Shown: positions 1 through 10,395, counted from the first letter of the stretch. The stretch is 64,000 bases of DNA from an uncultured Aliarcobacter sp. (GCA_963677435.1 OY781945.1:2272001-2336000), one strand, 5' to 3'. Notes: generated by a model not told the origin, from the sequence alone. Program-made: numbers and translations.

Positions 1-2
1 TA

Positions 3-1049
3 ATTGATGAAGAACTAGGAGGAACAACTCCTTTAGATATTATTGTGAAATTTAAAGATGAACCAAAAGTTGAGAAAATAGCAAAAGTTAAAAATCAAAA
101 TGAATTTGATGATTTTGAAAATGAATTTGATGAAAAAAATGATGATAAACAATACTGGTTTAGCCAAGATAAAATGGATGTAATTATGGCTATTCATGAT
201 TATTTAGAATCTATTCCAGAAGTTGGAAAAGTTCAATCATTAGCAACTTTATTAAAAATCGGGGAACTTTTAAATAATAAAGAGAAATTAGATGGGATAA
301 CTTTGGCATTGTTATACAACCAATTACCAGAGCAATATAAAAAATTAATTCTTTCTCCATATATAAATATTGATAAAAATGAAGCTAGAATCACTATGAG
401 AATAATAGATTCAAATCCAAACTTGAGAAGAAATGATTTATTAAATAAAATCAATCATGACTTAAGAGATATTATTAAAAATAAAGAGACAACTTACAGA
501 TTATCAAATCTTATGGTTTTATATAATAATATGCTTCAATCTTTATTTAATTCACAAGTGTCAACTTTAGGCTTTACTATTGTTGTTTTATTTATAATGT
601 TCTTAATACTATTTAGATCAATAAAAGTTGCACTAATAGCTTTAATATCAAATATAATCCCAATTTCAAGTATTTTTGGAATTATGGGTTGGTTAAATAT
701 TCCTTTAGATGTTATGACTATTACAATTGCAGCAATTGCCATTGGAATTGGAGTTGATGATACTATTCACTTTATTCATAGATTTGAAGAAGAGTTTAGA
801 GTTGACCATAATTATATAAATGCGATGAAAAGATCACATCAAAGTATTGGTTATGCTATGTATTATACTTCTTTAGTAATCATTCTTGGTTTTTCTATTC
901 TAGTATTATCAAATTTAATCCCAACTATTTATTTTGGATTATTAACTGTTATTACAATGATTAGTGTATTAGCAGCTGATTTATTACTACTTCCAAAATT
1001 ATTATTGATATTTAAACCTTATGAAAAGTTAAAGGATATGAAAAAATGA
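3..1049 (+). CDS. MMPL/RND-superfamily transporter, 5'-partial (frame is open from the window edge)
   Basis: Frame reads IDEELGGTTPLDIIVK from position 3. C-terminal multi-TM block with the RND/MMPL motif GIGVDDTIHF. Confidence 0.85.
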   Translation: MDEELGGTTPLDIIVKFKDEPKVEKIAKVKNQNEFDDFENEFDEKNDDKQYWFSQDKMDVIMAIHDYLESIPEVGKVQSLATLLKIGELLNNKEKLDGITLALLYNQLPEQYKKLILSPYINIDKNEARITMRIIDSNPNLRRNDLLNKINHDLRDIIKNKETTYRLSNLMVLYNNMLQSLFNSQVSTLGFTIVVLFIMFLILFRSIKVALIALISNIIPISSIFGIMGWLNIPLDVMTITIAAIAIGIGVDDTIHFIHRFEEEFRVDHNYINAMKRSHQSIGYAMYYTSLVIILGFSILVLSNLIPTIYFGLLTVITMISVLAADLLLLPKLLLIFKPYEKLKDMKK

Positions 1050-1609
1050 ATGTAGCAATTTACTGTGGTTCTTCTTTTGGAAACGACAAAATATATGAAG
1101 AATCAACAAAAATCTTGGCGCAAAAATTAGCACAAAAAAATTTTAATATTGTTTATGGTGGCTCACTGCAAGGATTAATGGGAGTTATTTCAAATGAATC
1201 ACTAAAACATAATAATACAGTAACAGGTGTGATAACACATGATTTAGTCTCAAAAGAGATTGAAAATAAAAATATAACAAATATTCATAAAGTTCATACT
1301 ATGAACCAAAGAAAAGAAAAAATGGCAGAATTTGCAGATGCTTTTATAGCAATTCCTGGAGGTTATGGAACGCTAGAAGAGATTTTTGATGTAATTGCTT
1401 CTGCTCAACTTGGTTATCATAAAAAACCTTGTGCTTTTTTAAATACAAATGGTTACTACACTCATTTAATTGAATTTTTAAGAAATAGTGTAAATGAAGG
1501 ATTTATTAATCAAGTTTATGTTGATATGTTAATTGTTTCTGATGATATAGATGAAATAATTGAAAGAATATCTAATTATAGTGCACCAAAAGATAAATGG
1601 GAAAAATAA
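1046..1609 (+). CDS. LOG-family nucleotide phosphoribohydrolase (Rossmann fold)
   Basis: YCGS, VYGG...GLMG, RK and PGGYGTLEE motifs; ATGA overlap with the upstream gene. Confidence 0.9.
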   Translation: MNVAIYCGSSFGNDKIYEESTKILAQKLAQKNFNIVYGGSLQGLMGVISNESLKHNNTVTGVITHDLVSKEIENKNITNIHKVHTMNQRKEKMAEFADAFIAIPGGYGTLEEIFDVIASAQLGYHKKPCAFLNTNGYYTHLIEFLRNSVNEGFINQVYVDMLIVSDDIDEIIERISNYSAPKDKWEK

Positions 1610-1681
1610 ATTTTTGTTATATTTACATTCTGTTAACTTTTTATTTAATAAGGGTTAATGCACAAAGCTTATAATTACTTT

Positions 1682-1784
1682 ACAGGTTGATTATAACTTA
1701 ATTGCGATGTTAAGACTTATTTAACTTTAATTTCTCCTCCTAATATATACAAATCAAAAGGGAAGCCTATAACCTTCCCTTTTT
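1682..1784 (+). ncRNA. candidate ~100-nt small RNA with an anti-Shine-Dalgarno-like CU tract
   Basis: TATAAT at 1670-1675, no credible ORF, TTTCTCCTCCT at 1731-1741, intrinsic terminator at 1756-1784. Confidence 0.45.
1756..1784 (+). terminator. intrinsic terminator hairpin
   Basis: AAAAGGGAAG-cctataac-CTTCCCTTTT followed by T. Confidence 0.75.
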
Positions 1785-1820
1785 CTCATTTAATCTAATT
1801 TAAACTCAGGAAAACTTTTT

Positions 1821-2456
1821 ATGAAAAAATATATCTTATTTGATAATGATGGCGTTTTAGTTCATACTGAACCTTTATATTTTAAAGCAAATATAATAGC
1901 TTTAGAAGAATTTTTTAATATCTCTTTAGAATTTGAAGAGTATATGAAAATAATGAGTGAGGGAACTACAGTATGGCAAAAAGCTTTTAATAAAGGCTTT
2001 TCTCAAGATGAAATAGAAAAAGCTAGAAATCAAAGAAATTTATACTATCAAAACTTCTTAAGAACTGAAAATATTTTAATACCACAAGTAAAAGAAGTAC
2101 TTAAAAAACTATCAAAGAAATATAAAATGGGAATAGTAACAACTTCAAGAAGAGTAGATTTTGAAATAATTCACAAAGATTTAGGAATAGTTGATTATAT
2201 GGATTTTGTACTTTGTGAAGAAGATTATGACTATGCAAAACCACATCCAGAACCATATCTAAAAGGCTTAGAAATGTTTAAAGCAACCAAAGATGAAGCA
2301 ATTGTGATTGAAGACTCTACAAGAGGTTTAACAGCAGCTTACAAAGCTGGAATTGAGTGTGTTATTGTAAAAAATGAATTCACAAGAACACAAGATTTCT
2401 CAAAAGCTAGTTATTTTATAGATAACCTAAAAGAATTGGAAACTATTTTAAATTAG
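1821..2456 (+). CDS. HAD-superfamily phosphatase
   Basis: FDNDGVL (DxDG), VTTS, KPHP and IEDS motifs. Confidence 0.9.
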   Translation: MKKYILFDNDGVLVHTEPLYFKANIIALEEFFNISLEFEEYMKIMSEGTTVWQKAFNKGFSQDEIEKARNQRNLYYQNFLRTENILIPQVKEVLKKLSKKYKMGIVTTSRRVDFEIIHKDLGIVDYMDFVLCEEDYDYAKPHPEPYLKGLEMFKATKDEAIVIEDSTRGLTAAYKAGIECVIVKNEFTRTQDFSKASYFIDNLKELETILN

Positions 2457-3025
2457 TTTCCAATCGCCATTTTAATATATTTTTCTAACTCTTCTTTAGG
2501 AGTTTTTCCTACAAATTTTTTGATAAATTTTCCATCTTTTGAAAATAAAAACATTTCAGGGACTTTTTGAACATCACCTAACTCTTTTGTTAATTTGAAA
2601 TTTTCTTCACCAATTGTCATTGGATAATTAATTTCATTTTTAGAAATAAAATCTTTTATTTCTTGTTTTAATCTATCATGTTCAAATAAAACAGAAACTA
2701 TTTCAAAATTCTCTTTATATTTTTCTCTTACTTCTTTAAGAATTGGTAATTCTTCTATACAAGGAGGACACCAAGTTGCAAAAACATCAATTAAAACTGC
2801 TTTTTTACCTTTATATTCATCAAAATCAATACCATCTGGTGTTGTTTTAAAACTAATAGTTTTATCATCTGTTGTGGTTAAATTAAATACTTGAGGAACA
2901 AATTCATAATTATTACTCTCTAATGATTTTTTTGCAATTACACTACTATCAATAGTTGATTTATCATCACAACCACTAAATAAAAACCCAATAACCAATA
3001 ATCCTACTAAAAAACTCTTTTTCAT
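2453..3025 (-). CDS. TlpA/ResA-family thiol-disulfide oxidoreductase lipoprotein
   Basis: Lipobox FSGC, FATWCPPCIEE active site, cis-Pro loop VPE. Confidence 0.88.
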   Translation of the reverse strand: MKKSFLVGLLVIGFLFSGCDDKSTIDSSVIAKKSLESNNYEFVPQVFNLTTTDDKTISFKTTPDGIDFDEYKGKKAVLIDVFATWCPPCIEELPILKEVREKYKENFEIVSVLFEHDRLKQEIKDFISKNEINYPMTIGEENFKLTKELGDVQKVPEMFLFSKDGKFIKKFVGKTPKEELEKYIKMAIGN

Positions 3026-3321
3026 TACTTTCCTAAATTTGATAATTCTTGTATTAAATTTCTAGCCTCATCTTTTTCAAAAAAGATATTCATTGACAAC
3101 TCATAATTTACTCTTTTAAGAAATTTTAATCTCTCTTGTAATTGTAAATCTTTATTATCTTCATATTTTTCTAAAATTTCTTGAAGCTCAACCTTATAAT
3201 TTTCTATTAATTCCTCTTTTTTTACAGCTTTGGGTTTTACAAAACTTGTTTTATTCTTTTTTAAATAAATATAAACAACTGTAAAAAAAGCACTTAAAAG
3301 TAGAGCTAATAAATATTCCAT
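3025..3321 (-). CDS. hypothetical protein with N-terminal membrane anchor
   Basis: 98 aa, hydrophobic N-terminus, tightly packed in the operon. Confidence 0.7.
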   Translation of the reverse strand: MEYLLALLLSAFFTVVYIYLKKNKTSFVKPKAVKKEELIENYKVELQEILEKYEDNKDLQLQERLKFLKRVNYELSMNIFFEKDEARNLIQELSNLGK

Positions 3322-3322
3322 A

Positions 3323-4507
3323 TTATTTACTTCTCGCTATTGCTTTAGCTTCTTTAGCTATTGTTTCAGCTCGTTTTGCAATTTCTAAAACTTGCTGAAT
3401 TGTTTGATTATCTAAAAGTTCTTTTTCTAACTTTTCAACTCTTTCTAAAATAGTTCTATAATCTGCATGACCTAAAGTTTGTACTACATTTGCTGATTTT
3501 ATTATATGATTTACATAAGTTAAATCTTTCCAATTTAAGCTAATTTGATTATCTAAATAATCTTTATATTTTTCATTTATCTTAGTTTCATTTTTTATAA
3601 ACGCTAAATCTAAATTTATATCATCTTTTTTTGCAAATAAATTATAATACAAACTTTGTAAATGAATAGAATCTTTTAAAGCAGATATATATGTGTAAAC
3701 TTTTTCTTTTTCACCATTTTCTAACATATAAGATAAAATAACTTCTGATACTTTTCCATATTCATTTGATAATAAATTATCCATTTTTTTATTGCATTCA
3801 AGAAAAATTCGCTCTGATTTCTTTTTATCTAAAGCTCTAATAAATTTAAATAGTTCTAAATTAAAACCAAAATCAAATCTATTTATTTGAATAAATAAAG
3901 GATTAATAATATCACTTGAATTAGCTGTAGAATTTGCATAAGAAACTATACTATCAACAAATACTGCATCTTCTTTTTTGAAATTAGTATTTTTATAATA
4001 ATCTTCTATTTCTTTAAATAACTCTTCTTGTAAAACAGCTTTTGATTTTTTTTCATAAAAGTTAATTCCATCTTTAACATTAAACTTTTTCATACTTTCA
4101 TGAATTGAAGTATATGAATTTGATAAATGTTTATAATGTTCTATTTTTTCTTTTATATTTCTGTTTTTCAATAAATTTAAATGATTTTTTAAAATATCAT
4201 CTTTTAAAGAATTTAAACTATTAGCTGGTTTAGAACCTCTTTTTGGTAACTCTAAAACGATTTTATTTAGTTTTTCATTATGTACTTCAAGCTCTTTTAT
4301 ATCTTTTATTTCTGAAATTAAATTTAAAAGCTCTTTAGTTTTTATTGCATTATTCAAAGTAAATAATACTCCGAATAATAAAGCTAATAGTATTAATATA
4401 ATTACATAAATAGTATTTGGATCTTGGGAATAAATCAATGATAAATTATAATCTGATTCTTGAACAAGAGTTATAAAATCAGTTACTTTTCCAAAAATAT
4501 CCATCAA
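3323..4507 (-). CDS. hypothetical single-TM, largely helical protein
   Basis: 394-aa ORF, one TM near residues 33-51, RBS AAGGA upstream. Confidence 0.75.
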   Translation of the reverse strand: MMDIFGKVTDFITLVQESDYNLSLIYSQDPNTIYVIILILLALLFGVLFTLNNAIKTKELLNLISEIKDIKELEVHNEKLNKIVLELPKRGSKPANSLNSLKDDILKNHLNLLKNRNIKEKIEHYKHLSNSYTSIHESMKKFNVKDGINFYEKKSKAVLQEELFKEIEDYYKNTNFKKEDAVFVDSIVSYANSTANSSDIINPLFIQINRFDFGFNLELFKFIRALDKKKSERIFLECNKKMDNLLSNEYGKVSEVILSYMLENGEKEKVYTYISALKDSIHLQSLYYNLFAKKDDINLDLAFIKNETKINEKYKDYLDNQISLNWKDLTYVNHIIKSANVVQTLGHADYRTILERVEKLEKELLDNQTIQQVLEIAKRAETIAKEAKAIARSK

Positions 4508-4515
4508 ATTTCCTT

Positions 4516-5163
4516 TTATTTATAAATTTCTGTTTCAACTAAATCAAATAAATCTTTTTCAGATAATCTTTGTAATTTTTTATTATTTACAAAAACAGTT
4601 GGTGTTCCTCTAACTTCTAAAGCTTTTGCATCTTTTGCATCATTATTTAAAAGTTCATCTATTTTTGGATTTTTCATATCTTCTTTTAATTTATCAATAT
4701 TTAATCCATCAATTTGACCTAAAAATGTCCATAATAACTCAGGTTTTTCATTGTTATGCTCTGCCCAAATTGGCTGTTTTTCAAACATAATACTTAATAC
4801 TTCTTCATATTTATTTTGCTCTCGTGAAGCCTCAAGAATTTGAATAGCAAATTTAGAATTTTTATGATTTGCTAAATATCTGATAACTAATTTTATATCA
4901 GAATAATGCTCTTTATAAAGTTTTCTCATTATTGGATAAAAAAGTGCACAAGATTCACATTCAGGGTCTAAAAACTCCACAACTGTAACATTTTGTTTAT
5001 TTTCACCAAATGATATAGATTCTTGTTTTACCAAAGAAGTTGTATTTGAAGATACAAGAGAAGACTCTTTATTATTTTGACTATCTTTATATAAATAGCT
5101 TAATGCAATGAATAAGACTACTAAAACAAATAGAGTTATTCCTACTAATTTTTTATTTTTCAT
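4516..5163 (-). CDS. DsbA-family thiol-disulfide oxidoreductase (BdbD-like)
   Basis: N-terminal anchor, EFLDPECESC active site, GTPT motif. Confidence 0.88.
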   Translation of the reverse strand: MKNKKLVGITLFVLVVLFIALSYLYKDSQNNKESSLVSSNTTSLVKQESISFGENKQNVTVVEFLDPECESCALFYPIMRKLYKEHYSDIKLVIRYLANHKNSKFAIQILEASREQNKYEEVLSIMFEKQPIWAEHNNEKPELLWTFLGQIDGLNIDKLKEDMKNPKIDELLNNDAKDAKALEVRGTPTVFVNNKKLQRLSEKDLFDLVETEIYK

Positions 5164-5600
5164 TTATTTCCTTTTTTTAAAATTATTAATAAAATAAGGA
5201 TGATAGTATAAGCAAAAAAAGATAACAAAGGAATTGTAATAAAACCTAACCAATTAATATAAACAGTAGAGCAAGGTACTCCTTGAACACAAGGAGATAA
5301 ATCTTCAGGAATTATTTTATACATCAATAAGTTGTGATAAATTGAGATACTCCAACCAATAAATACTAAAGGAAAAGAATATTTGAATATTTTATCATCT
5401 GGAAAAAGTAAATTTATTAAAAATAAAAAAACTAAAGGATACATAAATATTCGTTGATACCAACATAAAGAGCAAGGAATAAAATTCATTATTTGTGAGA
5501 AGAAAAGGCTTCCTAAAGTTGCTACTAAAGAGACAAGAAAAGCCAAAAAAATAAAGGTCAAACTCGAAGAGTCTGACCTTTTAGATAAATCTAAAGACAT
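5160..5600 (-). CDS. DsbB-family disulfide bond formation protein (BdbC-like)
   Basis: PCSLCWYQRIFMYP, second Cys pair CVQGVPC, four TM helices. Confidence 0.9.
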   Translation of the reverse strand: MSLDLSKRSDSSSLTFIFLAFLVSLVATLGSLFFSQIMNFIPCSLCWYQRIFMYPLVFLFLINLLFPDDKIFKYSFPLVFIGWSISIYHNLLMYKIIPEDLSPCVQGVPCSTVYINWLGFITIPLLSFFAYTIILILLIILKKGNK

Positions 5601-5605
5601 GGAAA

Positions 5606-5890
5606 TTAAGCTCCTCCACCAATATCTGAATTTAATTCTGCATGAATAGAACTTCTAGGAATTGACTCACATAAATCAATTGACTCATGTAATGCTTTTA
5701 AAAATGTTTCTATATTTTCATAAGGAATTTCAACTTCTGAAGTTTTAGTTTTTCCATGAGAATAAACGGCAATACTAACAACGGGACTACTATATTCACC
5801 ATAAGGTTTCTCAACATGTTCTATTTTTACAGTATCATCTGTACTATGAGCTAATTTAAATGTTTTAACTTCAATATGTTTTGCTGGCAT
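5606..5890 (-). CDS. hypothetical protein
   Basis: 94-aa ORF with strong RBS (AAAGGAG). Confidence 0.7.
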   Translation of the reverse strand: MPAKHIEVKTFKLAHSTDDTVKIEHVEKPYGEYSSPVVSIAVYSHGKTKTSEVEIPYENIETFLKALHESIDLCESIPRSSIHAELNSDIGGGA

Positions 5891-5957
5891 AATAAACTCC
5901 TTTTATTTTGATAAGTTAATTGTAACAAAAAAAAGTTATATAAACAAAGCATTTTTA

Positions 5958-6887
5958 TTATTTAATTGAAGTTGCTGTTAAAAAAAGATAATTTTTTCCA
6001 GTTAAAGTAACTCTATATTTCTTTTGTTGAAGATATTTTTTACAAAAATATACATCTTTATATAAAACAGACTGCTCACTGTATGAATAATTTGCTGCTT
6101 TTGCTCCATAAATCATCTCACCATTTATCCATCTACAATTTGGGAAACCTAAAATTATTGAACCTTTATCCTCTAAATAATTTTGTATTAAATCCATAAA
6201 TAAAAGTTTAAAATTCAATCCTGAACTTTGAAGAGTTCCTATAGAAATAATCAAATCTGCCTTTTTTAAATTTAATTCTTCTAATTTATTAATATCATGA
6301 TTATAAAAAGTAAAATTATCTTGTGGAAATCTCTTTTTAGAGTATTCAATAGCACTAGGAGAGTAATCAACTCCAACTAAATTCATTAAATTTAAAACTT
6401 CTTCATCAACTAACTTTTTTATTATTTCAAACTCATCTGCTTTATTTATTCCTAAATCTAAAATATTTCTTTTTTCTTCAATTTTTACATTTTTTAAAGC
6501 ATACATATATGCATTCAAGAAAGATGGTTCTTCATTTTTATTTATTCTAAAAAATGTTGATTCTTCACCATATTTTTCATTTTTCTCATCATTTAAATCT
6601 TTATGAAATGAATCATTTTTATTTAATTTCTGGAATTTTATAACAATTGTTGGAACATTTACAGAAACAATTAACAATTTAGAAAATAGTAATTCAGCTA
6701 AATCATTCCATGCTTTATAAGATCTATAGATAAACTCTTGATTTTCTAATTTTATTATCTCTCCTGCATAAATATCTATTTTTGTATCGGGATTTAATAC
6801 TTCAAATAGAATTTCATCTTTATTTTTAAGTTCTTCTTTTAAATATAAAATTATCTCAAACATCGATTCATTGGTAAATTTTTTCAT
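5958..6887 (-). CDS. class I SAM-dependent methyltransferase domain protein
   Basis: ILDLGIN (motif I), VGVDYS (motif II), HDI, DLIISIG. Confidence 0.75.
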   Translation of the reverse strand: MKKFTNESMFEIILYLKEELKNKDEILFEVLNPDTKIDIYAGEIIKLENQEFIYRSYKAWNDLAELLFSKLLIVSVNVPTIVIKFQKLNKNDSFHKDLNDEKNEKYGEESTFFRINKNEEPSFLNAYMYALKNVKIEEKRNILDLGINKADEFEIIKKLVDEEVLNLMNLVGVDYSPSAIEYSKKRFPQDNFTFYNHDINKLEELNLKKADLIISIGTLQSSGLNFKLLFMDLIQNYLEDKGSIILGFPNCRWINGEMIYGAKAANYSYSEQSVLYKDVYFCKKYLQQKKYRVTLTGKNYLFLTATSIK

Positions 6888-7068
6888 TTTTCTCTCATAT
6901 ATTTTTTTTTGATTATAGTATATTTCATATAATTATCATATTGTTACTTTTTTGCTTATTTTTAAGAATTAATATTTTTATTTAAACTTTTTTTAATTTA
7001 TACACTTTTTATACATTTTATTTTATTAATATAAGAACATTATTTATTTAGGAAAAGAAGGAACAATT

Positions 7069-7551
7069 ATGAATATTCAAACAGCAGATTTATGTGACGA
7101 TAATAGAGATAAAGAAATACAAGTTTTATCAGCAAAATTTAATAATTATGGTGGATTAAAAAAATTTAGTGGACAAATAGTAACTGTTAAACTTGATAAA
7201 AGTAATTGGCTTTTATTAGAAATGCTAAGAGATGAAGATGGAAAAGGAAGAATTATTGTTGTTGATAACTCACAAGAATTTTTTGGAGTTGTAGGAGATA
7301 AATTAATGGCTTTTGCTAGAAATAACAACTGGAAAGCAATTATTCTAAATGGTTATGTAAGAGATATTGATGAAACAAAAAATATTAATGTTGGATTATA
7401 TGCAATTGGAACTTGTCCACTTAGAAATTTTGAAAAAACTGATTCACAAAGAGATATTGAGTTGAATTTTGAAGGTGTAACATTTAATACAGGTGATTAC
7501 ATTTATGCAGATAATGATGGTGTAATTGTTACAAAAAGTAAACTAATATAG
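7069..7551 (+). CDS. rraA: RraA-family protein / HMG-CHA aldolase-like
   Basis: TADLCD, FSGQIVTVK, VVD, GD, NGYVRD, GDYIYADNDG. Confidence 0.85.
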   Translation: MNIQTADLCDDNRDKEIQVLSAKFNNYGGLKKFSGQIVTVKLDKSNWLLLEMLRDEDGKGRIIVVDNSQEFFGVVGDKLMAFARNNNWKAIILNGYVRDIDETKNINVGLYAIGTCPLRNFEKTDSQRDIELNFEGVTFNTGDYIYADNDGVIVTKSKLI

Positions 7552-7666
7552 TAAAAAAGAAATATAAAACAAAATATCTAAAATAAGTATCTCAATATTA
7601 GTGATTTTTATAAAGAAATTATCAAAAAATGGTAATATTACGGACTAATTATAAAAAAAGGAAACT

Positions 7667-10195
7667 GTGTTGAGATATATCATCTTAGGGCTTATACTTG
7701 CAGGACTATTTCAAGTGTTTTTTTGGATTACACAAGATAATAGAGTATCACTGAAGCAAGATGCTTCAGCAAGAATCGAATCGCTTTCATATTCTCCATA
7801 TCAAGGATATGATAAAAAAGTACTGTCACCAGAACAAATAGAAGAAGATATAGGTATTCTATTAAATTTTACTGACAAAGTTAGAACATATTCAACAGCA
7901 GATGCTAAAGTAATTTTAGAAGTTGCATCTAAAACTAATATGTCTGTTGATTTAGGTCTATGGTTAAGTGGTGATTATGCTGAGAATTTTTTAGAAATTC
8001 AAAGAGCCATCAAGCTTTTAAAAAAATATCCAGATACTATAAATAATGTTATTGTTGGAAATGAAACACTTCTTAGAACAGATTTAAATGAAGTTGAATT
8101 ATCTGCTTATTTAGATTTCATGAGAGAATATACTGACAAGCCAATTACTACTGCGGAAGTTTGGCATACATTAGTTAAATATCCAGATATTGGCAAGCAT
8201 GTTGATTTCATTACTGTTCATATCTTACCTTATTGGGAAAAAGTGCCAATTGATAGATTCAATGAATTTATGATTGAAAAATATACCTTAGTAGAAAAAC
8301 AATATCCAGATAAAAAGATAACAATTGGTGAGACTGGTTGGCCTAGTCATGGGTACAATTTTAATGGTGCCGTTCCAAGTTTAAAAAATCAAGCAATTGC
8401 TATTAGAGGATTTTTAAATCTTGCAAAAGAGAAAAATTGGTCTTATAACATTGTTGAAGCTTTTGATCAACCATGGAAAGGTTATGATGAGGGGAATGTT
8501 GGTCAATATTGGGGAATATTCACTTCAAATAGAGCATTAAAATTCTATTTAAATGGAGATATTGAATTAAATCAATATTGGATTTACCAAATGGTTGCTG
8601 CTATTATAATTGGGGCATTATTAACACTATTTGGACTTAGAAATCAAAGATTAAATTTAAATCATGCCTTAGCTTATGGTATTGCAGCTCAAGGTATGGC
8701 ATTTGGTATTGTAATGGCTGTTACTTATCCATTTATAAACTATATGAACTTTGGTATGTGGGTTATGTGGAGTATGGGAACCTTTTTAATGATTCCTCTT
8801 GTGGTAATTACCCTTGCAAAAGCAAATGAGTTATTTAAATGTTCAATTGGAACTCCTCCTACAAGATTAGTTCCTCTTGATTTAAAATCAGACAATATTC
8901 CTTTTGTTTCAATACATGTTCCAGCTTATAAAGAGCAACCACATGTTTTAGAAGAGACATTAAGAGCTTTAGCAAAACTCAGATATCCAAATTATGAAGT
9001 TCTTGTAGTTATAAATAATACACCAGAAGAGTATTACTGGAAACCTGTTGAAAAGTTATGTGAAGAGCTTGGAGATAAATTTGTATTTATGAATATTACA
9101 TGTACAGGATTTAAAGCAGGTGCTTTAAATGCTGCATTAGAACAAACAAATAAAGAAGCAGAAATTATTGCTGTAATTGATGCTGATTATGTTGTTGAAT
9201 CATCTTGGTTAGTTGATTTAGTTCCATTATTTGATGATCCAAAAGTAGCAATCGTTCAAGCTCCTCAAGATCATAGAGATGGTGATGAATCTATAATCAA
9301 AACAGCAATGAATGCTGAATATGCAGGTTTCTTTGATATTGGTATGATTGATAGAAATGAAGAAAATGCAATTGTAGTTCATGGAACAATGGTTATGGTA
9401 AGACTAAGTTCTATGATGGAAGTTGGTGGTTGGGGAACTGATACTATTGTTGAAGATAGTGAATTAGGGCTTAGGCTATTTGAAGCTGGATATATTGCTC
9501 ATTATACAAACAGAAGATATGGTTATGGATTACTTCCAGATACATTTGAGGCTTTCAAAACACAAAGACACAGATGGGCTTATGGAGCAATTCAAATTCT
9601 TAAAAAACACTGGAGAGAATTTAGACCATCTGCAAAAAAACTTGAATCTAGACAAAAAACTAAATTTGTTGCTGGTTGGTTCTTCTGGTTAAGTGATGCT
9701 TTAGGTCCAGTTATGGCTGTTATGAATATTATTTGGGTTCCAGTTATTATTTTTGTTGGAGTTACGATTCCGACAATTCCATTAACAATTCCAATTATTA
9801 CAGCATTTTTAGTAAATATTTTACACACATTTATTTTATATAGAATGAAAGTAAAAACAAGTCTTAAAAATACTGTTTTAAGTTCTATAGCATCTATGAG
9901 TTTACAGCTAATTATTTTTAAAGCTGTTTATGATGGATTTGTAAAAGATGGTTTACCATTTAAAAGAACTCAAAAAGGTGGAAAAGCTAAAAAAAGTGAT
10001 AATCCAATAAAATATGAAACTATTTTAGGAGTTTTATTATTAATTGCATTCTTTGCTTTAATCTTTACAAACAAAACAGGAATTGTAGAGATTTATGTAT
10101 TTGCAGCAACTATATTTATTCAAAGTATCCCTTATATCTCAGCTATTATTATGAGATATTTGGAGCTATCTTCTATCAAAAATCAAAAGTCTTAA
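7667..10195 (+). CDS. NdvB-like GH17 + GT2 fusion (putative cyclic/periplasmic beta-1,3-glucan synthase)
   Basis: GH17 motifs VGNE and IGETGWPS; GT2 motifs FKAGALN, DAD, VED, QRHRW; TM helices between and after the domains. Confidence 0.85.
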   Translation: MLRYIILGLILAGLFQVFFWITQDNRVSLKQDASARIESLSYSPYQGYDKKVLSPEQIEEDIGILLNFTDKVRTYSTADAKVILEVASKTNMSVDLGLWLSGDYAENFLEIQRAIKLLKKYPDTINNVIVGNETLLRTDLNEVELSAYLDFMREYTDKPITTAEVWHTLVKYPDIGKHVDFITVHILPYWEKVPIDRFNEFMIEKYTLVEKQYPDKKITIGETGWPSHGYNFNGAVPSLKNQAIAIRGFLNLAKEKNWSYNIVEAFDQPWKGYDEGNVGQYWGIFTSNRALKFYLNGDIELNQYWIYQMVAAIIIGALLTLFGLRNQRLNLNHALAYGIAAQGMAFGIVMAVTYPFINYMNFGMWVMWSMGTFLMIPLVVITLAKANELFKCSIGTPPTRLVPLDLKSDNIPFVSIHVPAYKEQPHVLEETLRALAKLRYPNYEVLVVINNTPEEYYWKPVEKLCEELGDKFVFMNITCTGFKAGALNAALEQTNKEAEIIAVIDADYVVESSWLVDLVPLFDDPKVAIVQAPQDHRDGDESIIKTAMNAEYAGFFDIGMIDRNEENAIVVHGTMVMVRLSSMMEVGGWGTDTIVEDSELGLRLFEAGYIAHYTNRRYGYGLLPDTFEAFKTQRHRWAYGAIQILKKHWREFRPSAKKLESRQKTKFVAGWFFWLSDALGPVMAVMNIIWVPVIIFVGVTIPTIPLTIPIITAFLVNILHTFILYRMKVKTSLKNTVLSSIASMSLQLIIFKAVYDGFVKDGLPFKRTQKGGKAKKSDNPIKYETILGVLLLIAFFALIFTNKTGIVEIYVFAATIFIQSIPYISAIIMRYLELSSIKNQKS

Positions 10196-10208
10196 AAGAC
10201 TTTTGATT
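10181..10208 (+). terminator. hairpin over the stop codon of the glucan synthase gene
   Basis: AATCAAAAGTCT-taaa-AGACTTTTGATT. Confidence 0.6.
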
Positions 10209-10395
10209 TATTCCAAACATTAAATCCTTCAATCTTCTACTTTCTTATTCTCAATATTAAAATTATAAATAGTAACAAACTAAATCTTTATGTTTAAATT
10301 TTTAAATATAAGATGATACAGATAAAGAGTATTGGATTAGTAATTATTATTTAGTATACAGAAGACCTATTCAAAGTTTTGTAGAGATGATTTTT

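Noticed and set aside
97..133. 16-bp direct repeat AAAATGAATTTGATGA
   Set aside because: Low-complexity acidic loop inside the MMPL gene; only two copies, not CRISPR or att-like
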